The notes: generated by a model not told the origin, from the sequence alone. A DNA stretch of 64,000 nt from Candidatus Giovannonibacteria bacterium (GCA_016186825.1 JACPKW010000004.1:428-64427); one strand, 5' to 3'. Shown: positions 48,827-61,040, counted from the first letter of the stretch. Numbers and translations: made by a program.

Positions 48827-49414
48827 ATGCAAAAAAGCCCTTTCAATTCAGCGCGGGGGTTCACGTTGCTCGAACTTTTAATAACCACTTTTATTTTCAT
48901 AATTGTAACCTCCGCAGTGCTCGCAAATTATCCTCTTTTTGCATCTAAGGTCCGTCTTGAACGGGATGCCCAGGAAATTGCGCTTTCATTAAGAAAGGCG
49001 CAGTCCTATGCGTTGGCCGTAAAGGAGTCATCGGCCGGATCGGGCGTTTTTCCTGGGTACGGCGTTCATTTTTCGAAAACCAGCGCGGATTCATTAATAA
49101 TTTATGCCGACATTCCTACTGGTCCTCCTCTTCCGGAGGGTAATAAACTTTATGACGGTGATGTGGAAGAAGTCGAAACTTTCTATATTGAATCGGCGCG
49201 AATTGAGGATATCTGCGAGGGAGTAAAGTCGTCCGCGCCCGGAAATTGCGGCATTGAAACTGTGGATATCACCTATCTTCGCCCGGATCCGATCATTGAT
49301 TTAAGAAATGGATCTACAGCATACAATTCCGACGTAGAAATTAAAATCATTTCTCCCACCGGCGACAGGAAAACGATCGTCATTTGGAAAACCGGGCAAA
49401 TTTCTGTGGAATAA
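48827..49414 (+). CDS. Minor pilin (FimT/GspH-like)
   Basis: RG|FTLLELLI. Confidence 0.85.
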   Translation: MQKSPFNSARGFTLLELLITTFIFIIVTSAVLANYPLFASKVRLERDAQEIALSLRKAQSYALAVKESSAGSGVFPGYGVHFSKTSADSLIIYADIPTGPPLPEGNKLYDGDVEEVETFYIESARIEDICEGVKSSAPGNCGIETVDITYLRPDPIIDLRNGSTAYNSDVEIKIISPTGDRKTIVIWKTGQISVE

Positions 49415-49418
49415 TGAG

Positions 49419-49985
49419 ATGAAAAAATTTTTTAAAAAATTCAAAACTGGTGAAGGGTTTTCCATACTTGAGACCCTGATTGCAATCACAATCTTAATTG
49501 CGGCCCTGACCGGCCCTCTAGCGCTCGCATCGCAGAGCATCCGCTCGGCTTACCGGGCAAGAAACGAAACTATCGCTACTTATCTTACCGCAGAAGCATT
49601 TGAATTCATCAGAAATAAAAGAGACACAAATACATTCCAAGGCGTGGATTGGATGACAGGAATTTCAAATTTATGCGCGCCGCCGGACGGATGTTATGTA
49701 GATTCTTATGGAAACGAAGGAAGTTCATACCAGGGCATTATCACGTCTTGCACTTCGGGGAACTGTCCTGAAATAAAATGGGATGCTTCATCCGGCCTCT
49801 ATGGTTATTCAAGCGGCGAAAATAGCGGGTTTAAAAGAAAAGTGGTTGTAACGAATATAGCTGATCATACGAGCCCGCCTGACGGATTATTTGATGAAGT
49901 CAAAGTCGAGGTAACCATTTCGTGGACGGAGTTTTTGCAAACCCCATCATTTACCGTTCAGACTAATCTATTCAAATGGCATTGA
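49419..49985 (+). CDS. Minor pilin (PilV-like)
   Basis: EG|FSILETLIAITIL; C-terminal VEVTISW. Confidence 0.85.
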   Translation: MKKFFKKFKTGEGFSILETLIAITILIAALTGPLALASQSIRSAYRARNETIATYLTAEAFEFIRNKRDTNTFQGVDWMTGISNLCAPPDGCYVDSYGNEGSSYQGIITSCTSGNCPEIKWDASSGLYGYSSGENSGFKRKVVVTNIADHTSPPDGLFDEVKVEVTISWTEFLQTPSFTVQTNLFKWH

Positions 49986-50590
49986 TGAATTTTTTAAAAA
50001 TCAATATGAAGAAAGGGTTTACTCTTTTCGAAATGATTGTTGCTGTCGGGATTTTCGCGCTTGTAATGGTTATTGCCTTGGGAACTATTTTTTCAATTCT
50101 CGATGCCCAAAGAAAAGCTATCGCGCTTCAGACCGCATACGACAATCTCCGTTTCGCGATGGAATCAATGTCAAAAGAAATTCGCACAGGGACGGGATTT
50201 CACTGCGGCATCGATCTTTCCGATATTTCTGATACCCCCGAAAATTGTCCGCCTGGGGGAGACGGAACGCCGATCGGAGTCTCATTTACATTTACCAATG
50301 CTAGAGATGTGATCGTAACTTATCAGATTTGGCAGGGGCAAATTATCCGTATCCAAGGTTTATCCGCAGCCTGCAAGAGCGATAATACATGCCCCAAAAT
50401 AACTTCTACTGACGTTGACATGACAAGTCCGAACGGCCGGCTGAACTTTTTTGTAACTGGGGCGGGCGAGGACTCAAAACAGCCGCAAGTTATTATCTTA
50501 CTGGAGGGAACCGTGGTTGGAGCAAAAAGCAAAGCAACTTCGAAACTTGAGCTTCAAACGACAATCTCACAGCGGCAAATTGATTCATAG
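49985..50590 (+). CDS. Minor pilin (PilW-like)
   Basis: KG|FTLFEMIVAV, MSKEIRTG, LQTTISQR. Confidence 0.85.
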   Translation: MNFLKINMKKGFTLFEMIVAVGIFALVMVIALGTIFSILDAQRKAIALQTAYDNLRFAMESMSKEIRTGTGFHCGIDLSDISDTPENCPPGGDGTPIGVSFTFTNARDVIVTYQIWQGQIIRIQGLSAACKSDNTCPKITSTDVDMTSPNGRLNFFVTGAGEDSKQPQVIILLEGTVVGAKSKATSKLELQTTISQRQIDS

Positions 50591-50592
50591 AG

Positions 50593-51105
50593 ATGATTAA
50601 AGCGATGAAAATGATAAAAATTATGAAAAAGAAAAGCAATTTAACCGAGCGAAGCGGTTTGTCAACTTCATCGCTCGAGCAGGGTTTCACTCTTCTTTTC
50701 AGCCTCCTGATTGTTTCGGTGGCGCTCTCCGTTGGGATGGGAATTTTTAACTTAATTTATGGCCAGATCATTTTGTCTGGAACGGGACGCCAATCGCAAT
50801 TTGCTTTTTATGTTGCCGACGCGGGAGTGGAGTGCGCATTCTATTGGGATTTGCAGAGGAGAGCATTTCTTCAGTCTGAATATGATGTCGATGATAAGAT
50901 CCAATGCGGAGGGCAAAATGTTGATTTGTTTAATCCTCAAGGAAATCGATTTGCGTTTAATTTAGAGCTCGAAGACAACTCTTGCGCGGAGGTTTCTGTA
51001 GATAAAGTGGGCCAGGACACAGTCATTGTTTCGCAAGGCAAAAGCGCCTCGTGCGGGGAAACCACAAGCCGCACACTTCAGCGGGGGCTCCGCGCTGAAT
51101 ATTAA
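50593..51105 (+). CDS. Minor pilin (PilX-like)
   Basis: QG|FTLLFSLL (no Glu5, as in PilX/GspK), AFYVADAGVECA. Confidence 0.82.
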   Translation: MIKAMKMIKIMKKKSNLTERSGLSTSSLEQGFTLLFSLLIVSVALSVGMGIFNLIYGQIILSGTGRQSQFAFYVADAGVECAFYWDLQRRAFLQSEYDVDDKIQCGGQNVDLFNPQGNRFAFNLELEDNSCAEVSVDKVGQDTVIVSQGKSASCGETTSRTLQRGLRAEY

Positions 51106-51161
51106 TTTTTAAAAGCGAGAGGCGATTTCTTTCATGAAATAGGCGGTTTTTCGTGTTATAA

Positions 51162-53210
<2,049 letters not shown>

Positions 53211-53279
53211 ATAAGATTAACTGCTATCCTATATGATATAATCTATTTTAGGGAGTGTTGTCAAAAAGAGTTTTATATT

Positions 53280-53579
53280 ATGATTTCTAAAGAAGAAATA
53301 AAAAAATTGGCCCAGCTTGCGCGGATTCATCTGACGGAATCCGAAGAAAAAAATCTAGCCGAAGATCTCCAGAATGTTTTGGGTTACATTGAAAAGCTTA
53401 AAGAAGTTGATGTTTCGCAAGCGCCCGAAATGACTCACGCAACGGAAGTAAAAAATATATTTAGGGCTGATGAGCCGCCGAAAGAAGTAAATGAAGCCGA
53501 TAAAATTTTATTGTCGGGTCAATTTCCCGAAAGCGAGCGCGGTTATTTAAAAGTTAAAGGTGTTTTCAACTCGGAATAA
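53280..53579 (+). CDS. gatC: Asp/Glu-tRNA amidotransferase subunit C
   Basis: ISKEEIKKLAQLARI, KLKEVD, YLKVKGV. Confidence 0.92.
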   Translation: MISKEEIKKLAQLARIHLTESEEKNLAEDLQNVLGYIEKLKEVDVSQAPEMTHATEVKNIFRADEPPKEVNEADKILLSGQFPESERGYLKVKGVFNSE

Positions 53580-53591
53580 TTTTAGATTTTG

Positions 53592-55034
53592 ATGAACAAT
53601 ATTCAAAATCTAACAATTGAAAAAATTAAAGATGGTTTACAATCCGGGGAATTATCTCTGCGCGAGCTGGTTTCTAATTATCTTGAAGAAATAAAAAGAA
53701 AAGATCCGGATTTAAACGCCTATCGGGAAGTATTTGAGGATGCTTTCAAGCATGCCGAAGAAATTGATGAAAAAATAAAACGCGGTGATTCTCCGCGCGC
53801 GCTTGAGGGTGTTCCGTTTGCGATTAAAGACAACATCATGATCAGAGGAAAGGCGGCGGGAGCGTCCTCAAAAATTTTGGAGGGCTACACTGCTTCTTAT
53901 GATTCGACTGCTATAGCGCGATTAAGAAATGAAGGAGCAATTTTTCTTGGACGAACTAATTGTGATGAATTTGCGATGGGTTCATCAACAGAAAATTCAG
54001 CTTACGGCCCAACACGAAACCCGCGCGATCGCGAAAGAGTTCCGGGCGGATCATCCGGTGGATCGGCGGTGGCTGTCGCGGCGGAAATGGCGCATGCCGC
54101 GCTGGGTTCTGATACCGGGGGATCTATAAGACAGCCAGCGGCTTTTTGCGGGGTTGTGGGTTTGAAACCGACTTATGGAGCAGTTTCGCGCTCGGGTTTA
54201 ATCGCGATGGCTTCAAGTCTCGATCAAATCGGGCCAATTACAAAAAATATTGAAGATACAAAAACTATTTTTGACGTCATAAAAGGAAAAAGCGAAAAAG
54301 ATTTAACAAGTTCTGAAGCGAAAAACAACTCCCATCAAGTAAAAAAAATCGGAGTTCCGAAAGAATTTTTCTCTTTGAAGGACGGCGGAAAAGAAGGACT
54401 AAATGAAAGTATAGCGAAAAATATTTTAAAAGCAGTCGAACTTTTGAAAGAAAAAGGATTTGAGATTAAAGAAGTGTCTCTTCCGACAAGTGGATATGCG
54501 CTTGCGGCCTATTATATAATCATGCCGGCGGAAGTTTCTTCTAATCTTTCGCGATTTGACGGAATGCGCTACGGCCTTCGGGAAGACGGAAAAAATTTAC
54601 TCGATGTTTACTCAAAAACGAGAGCAAATGGTTTCGGCCCAGAAGCGAGGAGAAGAATTATTTTGGGGACTTACGTACTTTCGGCTGGATATTACGATGC
54701 GTATTATGCCCGCGCGCAGAAGGTGCGCTATCTGATCCGAAAAGATTTTGAAAATGTTTTTAAGGAGGTTGATATTTTGCTCACGCCGACAACGCCGACA
54801 CCTGCTTTCAAAATAGGGGAGAAAACATCAGATCCGCTTTCCATGTATCTCGAGGATATTTTCACTGTCCCTGTGAACTTGGCGGGTGTGCCCGCTATCT
54901 CTGTCCCGTTCGGCGCTGCGCCGAAGGAAGGAAAAGATTTGCCCATCGGCGTACAATTGATCGCACCCTGGTTTGACGAAGAAAGATTATTTTCAATAGG
55001 AAGAATTTTGGAAATTGAGAACGCCTGCAAGTAA
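53592..55034 (+). CDS. gatA: Asp/Glu-tRNA amidotransferase subunit A
   Basis: [41 protein letters not shown]. Confidence 0.96.
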   Translation: MNNIQNLTIEKIKDGLQSGELSLRELVSNYLEEIKRKDPDLNAYREVFEDAFKHAEEIDEKIKRGDSPRALEGVPFAIKDNIMIRGKAAGASSKILEGYTASYDSTAIARLRNEGAIFLGRTNCDEFAMGSSTENSAYGPTRNPRDRERVPGGSSGGSAVAVAAEMAHAALGSDTGGSIRQPAAFCGVVGLKPTYGAVSRSGLIAMASSLDQIGPITKNIEDTKTIFDVIKGKSEKDLTSSEAKNNSHQVKKIGVPKEFFSLKDGGKEGLNESIAKNILKAVELLKEKGFEIKEVSLPTSGYALAAYYIIMPAEVSSNLSRFDGMRYGLREDGKNLLDVYSKTRANGFGPEARRRIILGTYVLSAGYYDAYYARAQKVRYLIRKDFENVFKEVDILLTPTTPTPAFKIGEKTSDPLSMYLEDIFTVPVNLAGVPAISVPFGAAPKEGKDLPIGVQLIAPWFDEERLFSIGRILEIENACK

Positions 55035-55129
55035 TATAGAAAAGCATTCCTGAATAGTTTTCAAAAACCGCGTTTGGTTTTTTTATTTTTTGTCGTGTGT
55101 TAGATTACTTCTGAAAGGGGGAATTGCAC

Positions 55130-56149
55130 ATGAAAATTATGCCTGCAGAGTGGGGAAAGCATGAGGCGAGTTGGGTAGCGTGGCCAAAAAATCAGAGCCA
55201 TTGGCCGAACTTGGATTTAAAGCTGCTCTGGCCGACTTACGCAGAAATTGTAAAAGCGCTTTCGAAAAACGAGTGGGTTTATATCCTCGTGGATGATCCT
55301 GTCATACATGAGCAAGTTTATGGTTTTCTTTGGGAACAGAGAGTTGGTCTTGAGAATGTGACTGTCTTGCAATTCCCGACGGATTCATCATGGATCCGAG
55401 ATTTCGGCCCGATTTTCATTTACGCTAAGGGCGCCCGGGATCCCGTCTGGGTTACTGATTGGGGTTTCAACGGCTGGGGTAAAGAATATCCGCCTTGGGA
55501 CCAAGATAATGCTGTTCCTGAAAAGATTTCGGATTACCTTAAGTTGCCTTGCATCAATCTAAATAACTTTATACTTGAAGGAGGAGCGATTGATGTTAAC
55601 GGACAAGGCGACTGTCTTATCTCTGAAGAGTTTCTTCTTGATAAAAGGCGGAACGATTCTCCCAAGTATCTCGAATATGATATGCGCGAGTATCTCGGGG
55701 TAACTTCGCTGATTAAACTTCCTGGGTGGCAGATAGCGGGGGATCATACGCGGCATATCGACAATATTGCACGGTTTGTGGCGCCGAACAGAATTTTGGT
55801 TTCAGCAGAAGATGATCCTTCAGATGAGAATTATAAATCACTCCAGGAAAATCTTCGCGCGCTTGAGCTTGCGCGTGATGTTTCGGAGAAACCGTTTCAG
55901 ATTATAAAGTTGCCCATGCCTGATCCGGTGCACTGGTTGGACGGTCAAAGGATGCCGGCAAGTTACGCGAACTTTTACATCGCGAACGGAGTTGTTTTGG
56001 CGCCGACTTTCCAGTCTTTGCGCGATGCAAAAGCGCTTCAAGTAATCCAGGAGCAGTTTCCGGAGCGGGAAGTGACCGGCATTGACTGCCGACTTTTGTC
56101 AGGCGGCGCAGGCACGATCCACTGTTCTACAATGCAGCAGCCTGCCTAG
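55130..56149 (+). CDS. Agmatine/peptidylarginine deiminase family protein
   Basis: MPAEW, WIRDFGP, FNGWG, LEGG, HIDN, ASYANFY, GTIHCSTMQQP with catalytic Cys. Confidence 0.92.
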   Translation: MKIMPAEWGKHEASWVAWPKNQSHWPNLDLKLLWPTYAEIVKALSKNEWVYILVDDPVIHEQVYGFLWEQRVGLENVTVLQFPTDSSWIRDFGPIFIYAKGARDPVWVTDWGFNGWGKEYPPWDQDNAVPEKISDYLKLPCINLNNFILEGGAIDVNGQGDCLISEEFLLDKRRNDSPKYLEYDMREYLGVTSLIKLPGWQIAGDHTRHIDNIARFVAPNRILVSAEDDPSDENYKSLQENLRALELARDVSEKPFQIIKLPMPDPVHWLDGQRMPASYANFYIANGVVLAPTFQSLRDAKALQVIQEQFPEREVTGIDCRLLSGGAGTIHCSTMQQPA

Positions 56150-56172
56150 ATAGGGGGGCTCGCAATTGCATT

Positions 56173-56206
56173 AAAAAAGTGCAGCACTGGAGTGTTGCAC
56201 TTTTTT
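56173..56206. terminator. Bidirectional terminator
   Basis: AAAAAAGTGCAGCACT-GG-AGTGTTGCACTTTTTT. Confidence 0.75.
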
Positions 56207-56226
56207 CTATTCTTCTGAATTTTTAT

Positions 56227-56550
56227 TCAAGCTGTTGCCATCAAGTATTTAGCCAAAAACGGCCAGACCTGTGTGGCATCGGCTTGGATCTCGGCGTATA
56301 TTCCTTTGGGATCGGATTTCCGCCAAGATTCGTTTTCTGAATATGTGCATCCGGAAAGATGCCCGTAATACATCTGATCCGGGCAAATCCTAACGCCGTA
56401 GCTGAACCGTCTCGCCGGGTATAGCTCGTAGCCCATTCGCTCGTTGATTATTTCTATCAGAGGCGCGACGTTTTGCACATTGTTTCGTGGAACACCGCCG
56501 CCGATTGAAAAAATTCCAAAACCGGCTAAAAAAAAGAAATAGAAAAGCAC
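56227..56550 (-). CDS. Hypothetical protein (start uncertain)
   Basis: 107-aa ORF filling the gap and ending at the terminator. Confidence 0.4.
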   Translation of the reverse strand: MLFYFFFLAGFGIFSIGGGVPRNNVQNVAPLIEIINERMGYELYPARRFSYGVRICPDQMYYGHLSGCTYSENESWRKSDPKGIYAEIQADATQVWPFLAKYLMATA

Positions 56551-56597
56551 TGGATTTTTCTTGGAGTGTTTTTTAAAGTCTTTTTGCGGAATTTGTC

Positions 56598-57143
56598 TTA
56601 AATCGACTTCGCGGCTAATTTATTTCGTATGAAGTTGAATTCAAGTTTTTGATTCGTAACAATCCAGCGATAGACGAGCGGACTCAAAATAGCTCCAAAA
56701 ATAATATTTCCGAGAATATGGTTCAGAGTGAAAGGAATCTGTCCGATAAGGGCAATCATGAAGGGTTGGCCATTGAAAATCGGTCCGATTGTAAGACCAG
56801 TCGCGGCGTCATAAAGAATTGCTCCCACAATTCCAAACATGACAAAATTTGTTCGTGAAGCGCTGCGGTTTTTAAAAAAGTAATACGAAGCGATTCCGAG
56901 AAAACCGTATACAAAAGCTGTAACCCAGGTCCAGGATCCGATTCCGGAGGTTATGATATCAAAAAGAAAAATTGAAAAAAAAGCGAAAAGAAAACTTTCG
57001 AGTGCCGTGTAGCGTTTTGAAAATGGCATCAGTGTTGCCATGACCGGCTCAACATTCGGTGGGCGAAAGGGGATTAAGCGGAATGCGAAAACCACAATCC
57101 ATCCTACTACATATTTAAACGAGCTTGTTTGGATTCCTTTCAT
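56598..57143 (-). CDS. ECF-transporter S-component-like membrane protein
   Basis: About 6 TMs, RPPNVEPV near the N-terminus and IPFTLNHILGN near the C-terminus (CbrT-like pattern); start placed at ATG 57143. Confidence 0.65.
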   Translation of the reverse strand: MKGIQTSSFKYVVGWIVVFAFRLIPFRPPNVEPVMATLMPFSKRYTALESFLFAFFSIFLFDIITSGIGSWTWVTAFVYGFLGIASYYFFKNRSASRTNFVMFGIVGAILYDAATGLTIGPIFNGQPFMIALIGQIPFTLNHILGNIIFGAILSPLVYRWIVTNQKLEFNFIRNKLAAKSI

Positions 57144-57257
57144 AATAAAAATGAGGTCGTTTTTTAAATATACATGAGATTTGCATTTTGCCGCAAGCTG
57201 TTTGTGTAATAACGCGAGATAAAGTATATTGGCAAAAAAGCTGAAGGGGGTAAAAAC

Positions 57258-57539
57258 ATGGGCAGGTATTGGTTTGTGGGGAAATCGACGGAAACGGGGA
57301 CTCGGCATGTTTTTGGGCTGACTCTGAAGGAGTTTAGAGAGTTTGGCCTCAAACATAAGCCAAAGGTGGGATCGAAGATTAATCTTGATCCTAAGGATCC
57401 TCCTTTTGAAATCACTTCGTTTCTTGATCATGAAACCGCCAAACAACTCGAAGCTTTCGAAGCGTTCGATGATGAGTTTTGCGACGGAACACTCTATGAT
57501 CTGATCGATCGCTTGTGTCGCAAGGTCCAGGAACGCTAA
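57258..57539 (+). CDS. Hypothetical protein
   Basis: AAGGGGGT SD, plausible 93-aa protein, followed by a hairpin. Confidence 0.65.
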   Translation: MGRYWFVGKSTETGTRHVFGLTLKEFREFGLKHKPKVGSKINLDPKDPPFEITSFLDHETAKQLEAFEAFDDEFCDGTLYDLIDRLCRKVQER

Positions 57540-57592
57540 TGTTTGTTCCGCTGGTAAGTAGACAACTACCAAATATCAAAAGTTGTCCAAGC

Positions 57593-57670
57593 GCACTCTG
57601 CAAAACAGAGTGCTTTCATTTATATTAAACAAAAAGCCCGCCTTTCAGCTTTTGCTTACTCGGCGGGCTT
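57593..57670. terminator. Two terminators between convergent genes
   Basis: GCACTCTG/CAGAGTGC and AAGCCCGCC/GGCGGGCTT stems. Confidence 0.6.
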
Positions 57671-57689
57671 AAATCTTCTTCACATCATG

Positions 57690-58529
57690 TTAGTCCCCTA
57701 TGTCGCACTTCCAATTTTCTCGGCGAAGTTCCTTTCCGATATTTTTTCTTTCCTCCTCCTCTTTTTTCTTTAGTTCAAGAAGGTAGATGGCTCCGCAAAC
57801 ATAATCTTCAGTCAAAGAAACGTCGAGATCATCAGTGTGCTTATCGCGAAGCTCTTTTTGCGCGTCGAAACTTATGTCAGGAAATTTATCTCGAACCCTT
57901 TCCACTAAATATAGCGTTTCAGGTCCAAGTCCTCCGGCCATACCGAAGCCGATTTCGATTCCTTTCTCGCGAAATTCTTGGAAGTATTCCATAGTTCTTT
58001 CCACGTCGAGCGGCTTTCCCGTGCCCGCACTTTCGTCGATTAAAACATCGTCAATTAAATCGGCATAGCGCATAAGATGTTCCGCCACTTTTTCGCTTGC
58101 TCCGCAGTTGATCCCCAGAAGTGCTTCACGACCGACTTGGAGAACTATACGAAATTTGAAATCAGTTATCGCGCGAAATTTCTCTAGTTCTCCAATTTTT
58201 GGCCACGCGATATTCAGTTGAAAGCCGGTCAGATTTTCACCGCCGACATCCACAAGCGTCAATAACTGCTCGCATAGAGAGTCTGGTTTATCTGAGCTGT
58301 AGTGGATCAGATTGACAGAGCAATGGTGATTCTGAAAAATCTCACAAACGCGGCCGACACTAGGGAATTGCCTGGGGTACTTATTAGTCAACCCTTTTAG
58401 AGTTTTCGAGCTGACAAGCACGCCAACCATTAGCTTTCGGATCGACGTTTTGTCGAATTGCCTTTGGATAAGACGCACTTCCTGCGGGGTCATGAATCCC
58501 GTTACTCCGATATACGGCATGAATCTCAT
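57690..58529 (-). CDS. TrpF/phosphoribosylanthranilate-isomerase-like TIM-barrel protein
   Basis: YIGVTGF, GFQLN, VLIDESAGTG, GMAGGLGPE, SFDAQ; AAGGAGG SD before ATG 58529. Confidence 0.65.
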   Translation of the reverse strand: MRFMPYIGVTGFMTPQEVRLIQRQFDKTSIRKLMVGVLVSSKTLKGLTNKYPRQFPSVGRVCEIFQNHHCSVNLIHYSSDKPDSLCEQLLTLVDVGGENLTGFQLNIAWPKIGELEKFRAITDFKFRIVLQVGREALLGINCGASEKVAEHLMRYADLIDDVLIDESAGTGKPLDVERTMEYFQEFREKGIEIGFGMAGGLGPETLYLVERVRDKFPDISFDAQKELRDKHTDDLDVSLTEDYVCGAIYLLELKKKEEEERKNIGKELRRENWKCDIGD

Positions 58530-58678
58530 ATTTCCTCCTTCCTTTTCTTTGGTTGCATTTCGGGATCGCGGCCAACAAGATGACGCCACTTGGAATTCAG
58601 GTGGCAGGTTAGCATAACGACAAGAGCAACTGTGGAAATGCCCAATGCGGGCAATATAACGACTTTAATGAACTCCAT
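58526..58678 (-). CDS. Small single-TM protein coupled to the TrpF-like gene
   Basis: GAGGAGGTG SD, one TM, ATGA overlap with the next gene. Confidence 0.6.
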   Translation of the reverse strand: MEFIKVVILPALGISTVALVVMLTCHLNSKWRHLVGRDPEMQPKKRKEEI

Positions 58679-58722
58679 AAACACCTCCTCTTTAACTCGT
58701 ATATTAACGCTAAACTCCAAAA

Positions 58723-58752
58723 CCAAAAAACCGCCTTTTGGCGGTTTTTTGG
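58723..58752. terminator. Bidirectional terminator
   Basis: CCAAAAAACCGCC-TTTT-GGCGGTTTTTTGG, 13-bp perfect stem. Confidence 0.8.
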
Positions 58753-58935
58753 AAAGATGTTGCGGAGTTGCTACGGGATTGGCAACTAATAGTGACCGAT
58801 ATTAAACGAAATCAATGTTTTAGCTACTATTTAAAGTTTAGTTTTAGACATGTCTAGAAAATAAGGGGTGGAGGTAAAGAATTGGGGGGGTGGGTATGTT
58901 GAAAGAATTGTCAGTGAAGATATTCAAATTCAGGA

Positions 58936-59745
58936 TTAGTTGATTTCTAATTTTATCATTTTGGATTCGATATTATTTTTCATTTTTGAAATATCATGCT
59001 CAATTATTTTATCTATACGGTCAATAACCGCAAGTTCATCTGAAGATTTATTTTTCTCATTTATTAATCTAAAGAAAAAACCAAATCTCCTTCTTAATTT
59101 TCTATTGTAGAAACGAATTTGACATAGATTTGTAATAGCAACTGCGATATAGCTAGAAGCAAAGTTTTCGATACTCTCGGCAAAGTTTTCTAAATTATCC
59201 GCGAAAGATTTATGCTGAAAGGCCGTTTCTCTTGCGCTTATCACCGAATCATTCTGAGCTAATCTAGTGACGAGTAATTCATTCTGATAAAAAATACTTT
59301 CGAAATTAGCTTTTAAATCTTTTATGACGTTGTTTAATTCATTTATACCTGCAAGAGCCATTAAAATTTTATTGTGTAGGTAGTAACTCTTTGTCTTAAA
59401 TACTGGAGCGTCTGAATAATTATTAACGATTCTAATCGTAATAAAATTAATCCTATAAATAGCGAGTTCATTTTCTTTAGTTTCCCTCACTTTTTTTGTG
59501 AGTTCTCGCATTCTTTCCGCCTGGAATATGAGAGCTTTTTTTACATTGTATACATCATTAAGGCTTGTCGCCGTGCTTATTTCTATCAGCCTGAAGTTTT
59601 CTCTTCTTTCTTTCCGATTATCAATCCAAGTTTTCAATAAGTATGCAAACAACGCAAAAACGACAGCAACAAATGAGCCAATCGCGCCACCGTAAAGTTG
59701 TTGCCATTTTTCGATGTGAATTAAAATGTCAGAGTTAATTTCCAA
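58936..59745 (-). CDS. Hypothetical membrane-anchored helical protein
   Basis: 269-aa ORF with GGAGG SD and an N-terminal TM. Confidence 0.7.
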   Translation of the reverse strand: MEINSDILIHIEKWQQLYGGAIGSFVAVVFALFAYLLKTWIDNRKERRENFRLIEISTATSLNDVYNVKKALIFQAERMRELTKKVRETKENELAIYRINFITIRIVNNYSDAPVFKTKSYYLHNKILMALAGINELNNVIKDLKANFESIFYQNELLVTRLAQNDSVISARETAFQHKSFADNLENFAESIENFASSYIAVAITNLCQIRFYNRKLRRRFGFFFRLINEKNKSSDELAVIDRIDKIIEHDISKMKNNIESKMIKLEIN

Positions 59746-59764
59746 GTTTAGATTTCCTCCCCAA

Positions 59765-60073
59765 TTATTTTATGAAATATTTCTTAACATCTATTTCTTT
59801 TATTATGTTCTTATCGTCATTAAATTTTTCAGAAAGTCGCATGAAATAATAACCCAAACTTATTCCTCCCCAAAAACCAACTAATTCAAGCCAACCATGA
59901 ATAGTAAATAAAAGAAAAATGATATTTAAATCATCGTCGGCAGGAAATCCTAAAAAATCATAAAACATATCAGTCCCTGGGTCATGCTTTCTAAATGAAA
60001 TCATAATAGATGCAAAAACAAATGCTGCTATGATTAGAACCCAACCAAGTGTATAAAGGAAATTAGAAAGCAT
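59765..60073 (-). CDS. Hypothetical membrane protein
   Basis: 102 aa with 2-3 hydrophobic segments. Confidence 0.6.
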   Translation of the reverse strand: MLSNFLYTLGWVLIIAAFVFASIMISFRKHDPGTDMFYDFLGFPADDDLNIIFLLFTIHGWLELVGFWGGISLGYYFMRLSEKFNDDKNIIKEIDVKKYFIK

Positions 60074-60199
60074 TTTTTGCGATTATTAAATAGCCTTATA
60101 TTAAAGTTAGTAATTTGATTCGCACGCGCCACCAGCAACTAGCGCCATAATTACTGTAGCGCCGCCATATTGTTTAAGTTTTTCATTCATAGAGGAAAA

Positions 60200-60970
60200 T
60201 TAAAAAACCGTATAGTCTTTAATGAGGTCTGCATTATATCCAGAATTTTCTAAAATATATTTTGCGTAATCTCTTTTTCCTGCCGCTGTTTTCCTATCGG
60301 TTTCGTCCTTACTTAAATATGGGTAATTGTAATAATAATCTGGAAAATCCTTCAATTGTTTGCTAGTAGATGAATCATAAATTCTAAATGAATTTGCGGC
60401 GTAGTATTCTTTTGCGCCAAAAGCAGACTTTTCTGAATAATATGTGACGTAAAGACATGAATTCATACTGGGGCTGTAAAACATAAACTTAAATTCCTCG
60501 TCATCTGAAAGGTTTTCTTTAATACTAGGTGATAGTTTTGCGCATTCGTTATTTTTTGAGAATGCCTCATCTTTATTTAGGGAAGAAGACTCCCTCAGTT
60601 TTTTTACCCTATCCTTCAATTCTGCTAAGGCTTTCTCTGAATCCGCGTCTCTGCTCAATTCCACCACAGAATAAAGAATAAACAGGTCTTGAAGATTCGA
60701 ATGCTCTTTATCGTAGCCTTCTCCAAGCTTTTTAAATTCTGAGCTGACATGCTCATATTGTCTATCATCAAGCAAAGATGCGTATGCTCCAATGTTTCTA
60801 TAGAATTCAATATCTTTATTTAGCTCATTTAATTTTTCTTCTAGTCCAGAAAATCGATTATCGGTTTTTGTTGGTAGCCCACTCGCGCCTTTTTTCGGAA
60901 TAAAATATCCAATCACAAAGCTCAAAAAAGCTACAATTATCAGAAGAATTATTACGTTCTTTGAATTCAT
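60200..60970 (-). CDS. Hypothetical membrane-anchored protein
   Basis: N-terminal TM, coiled coil, FYSPSMNSCLY. Confidence 0.7.
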   Translation of the reverse strand: MNSKNVIILLIIVAFLSFVIGYFIPKKGASGLPTKTDNRFSGLEEKLNELNKDIEFYRNIGAYASLLDDRQYEHVSSEFKKLGEGYDKEHSNLQDLFILYSVVELSRDADSEKALAELKDRVKKLRESSSLNKDEAFSKNNECAKLSPSIKENLSDDEEFKFMFYSPSMNSCLYVTYYSEKSAFGAKEYYAANSFRIYDSSTSKQLKDFPDYYYNYPYLSKDETDRKTAAGKRDYAKYILENSGYNADLIKDYTVF

Positions 60971-61040
60971 ATTATTGCATTAGAGAATAAATATTAATGC
61001 TTTTATGAAATTACTTTGCGCATATTATTAACCGAATATT

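Noticed and set aside
57144-57572. First 143 aa of the 324-aa minus-strand ORF
   Set aside because: It is antisense to the SD-led 93-aa gene; the membrane protein starts at 57143
60107-60190. 27-aa ORF MNEKLKQYGG... in the islet
   Set aside because: Too short to support; it may be a gene fragment
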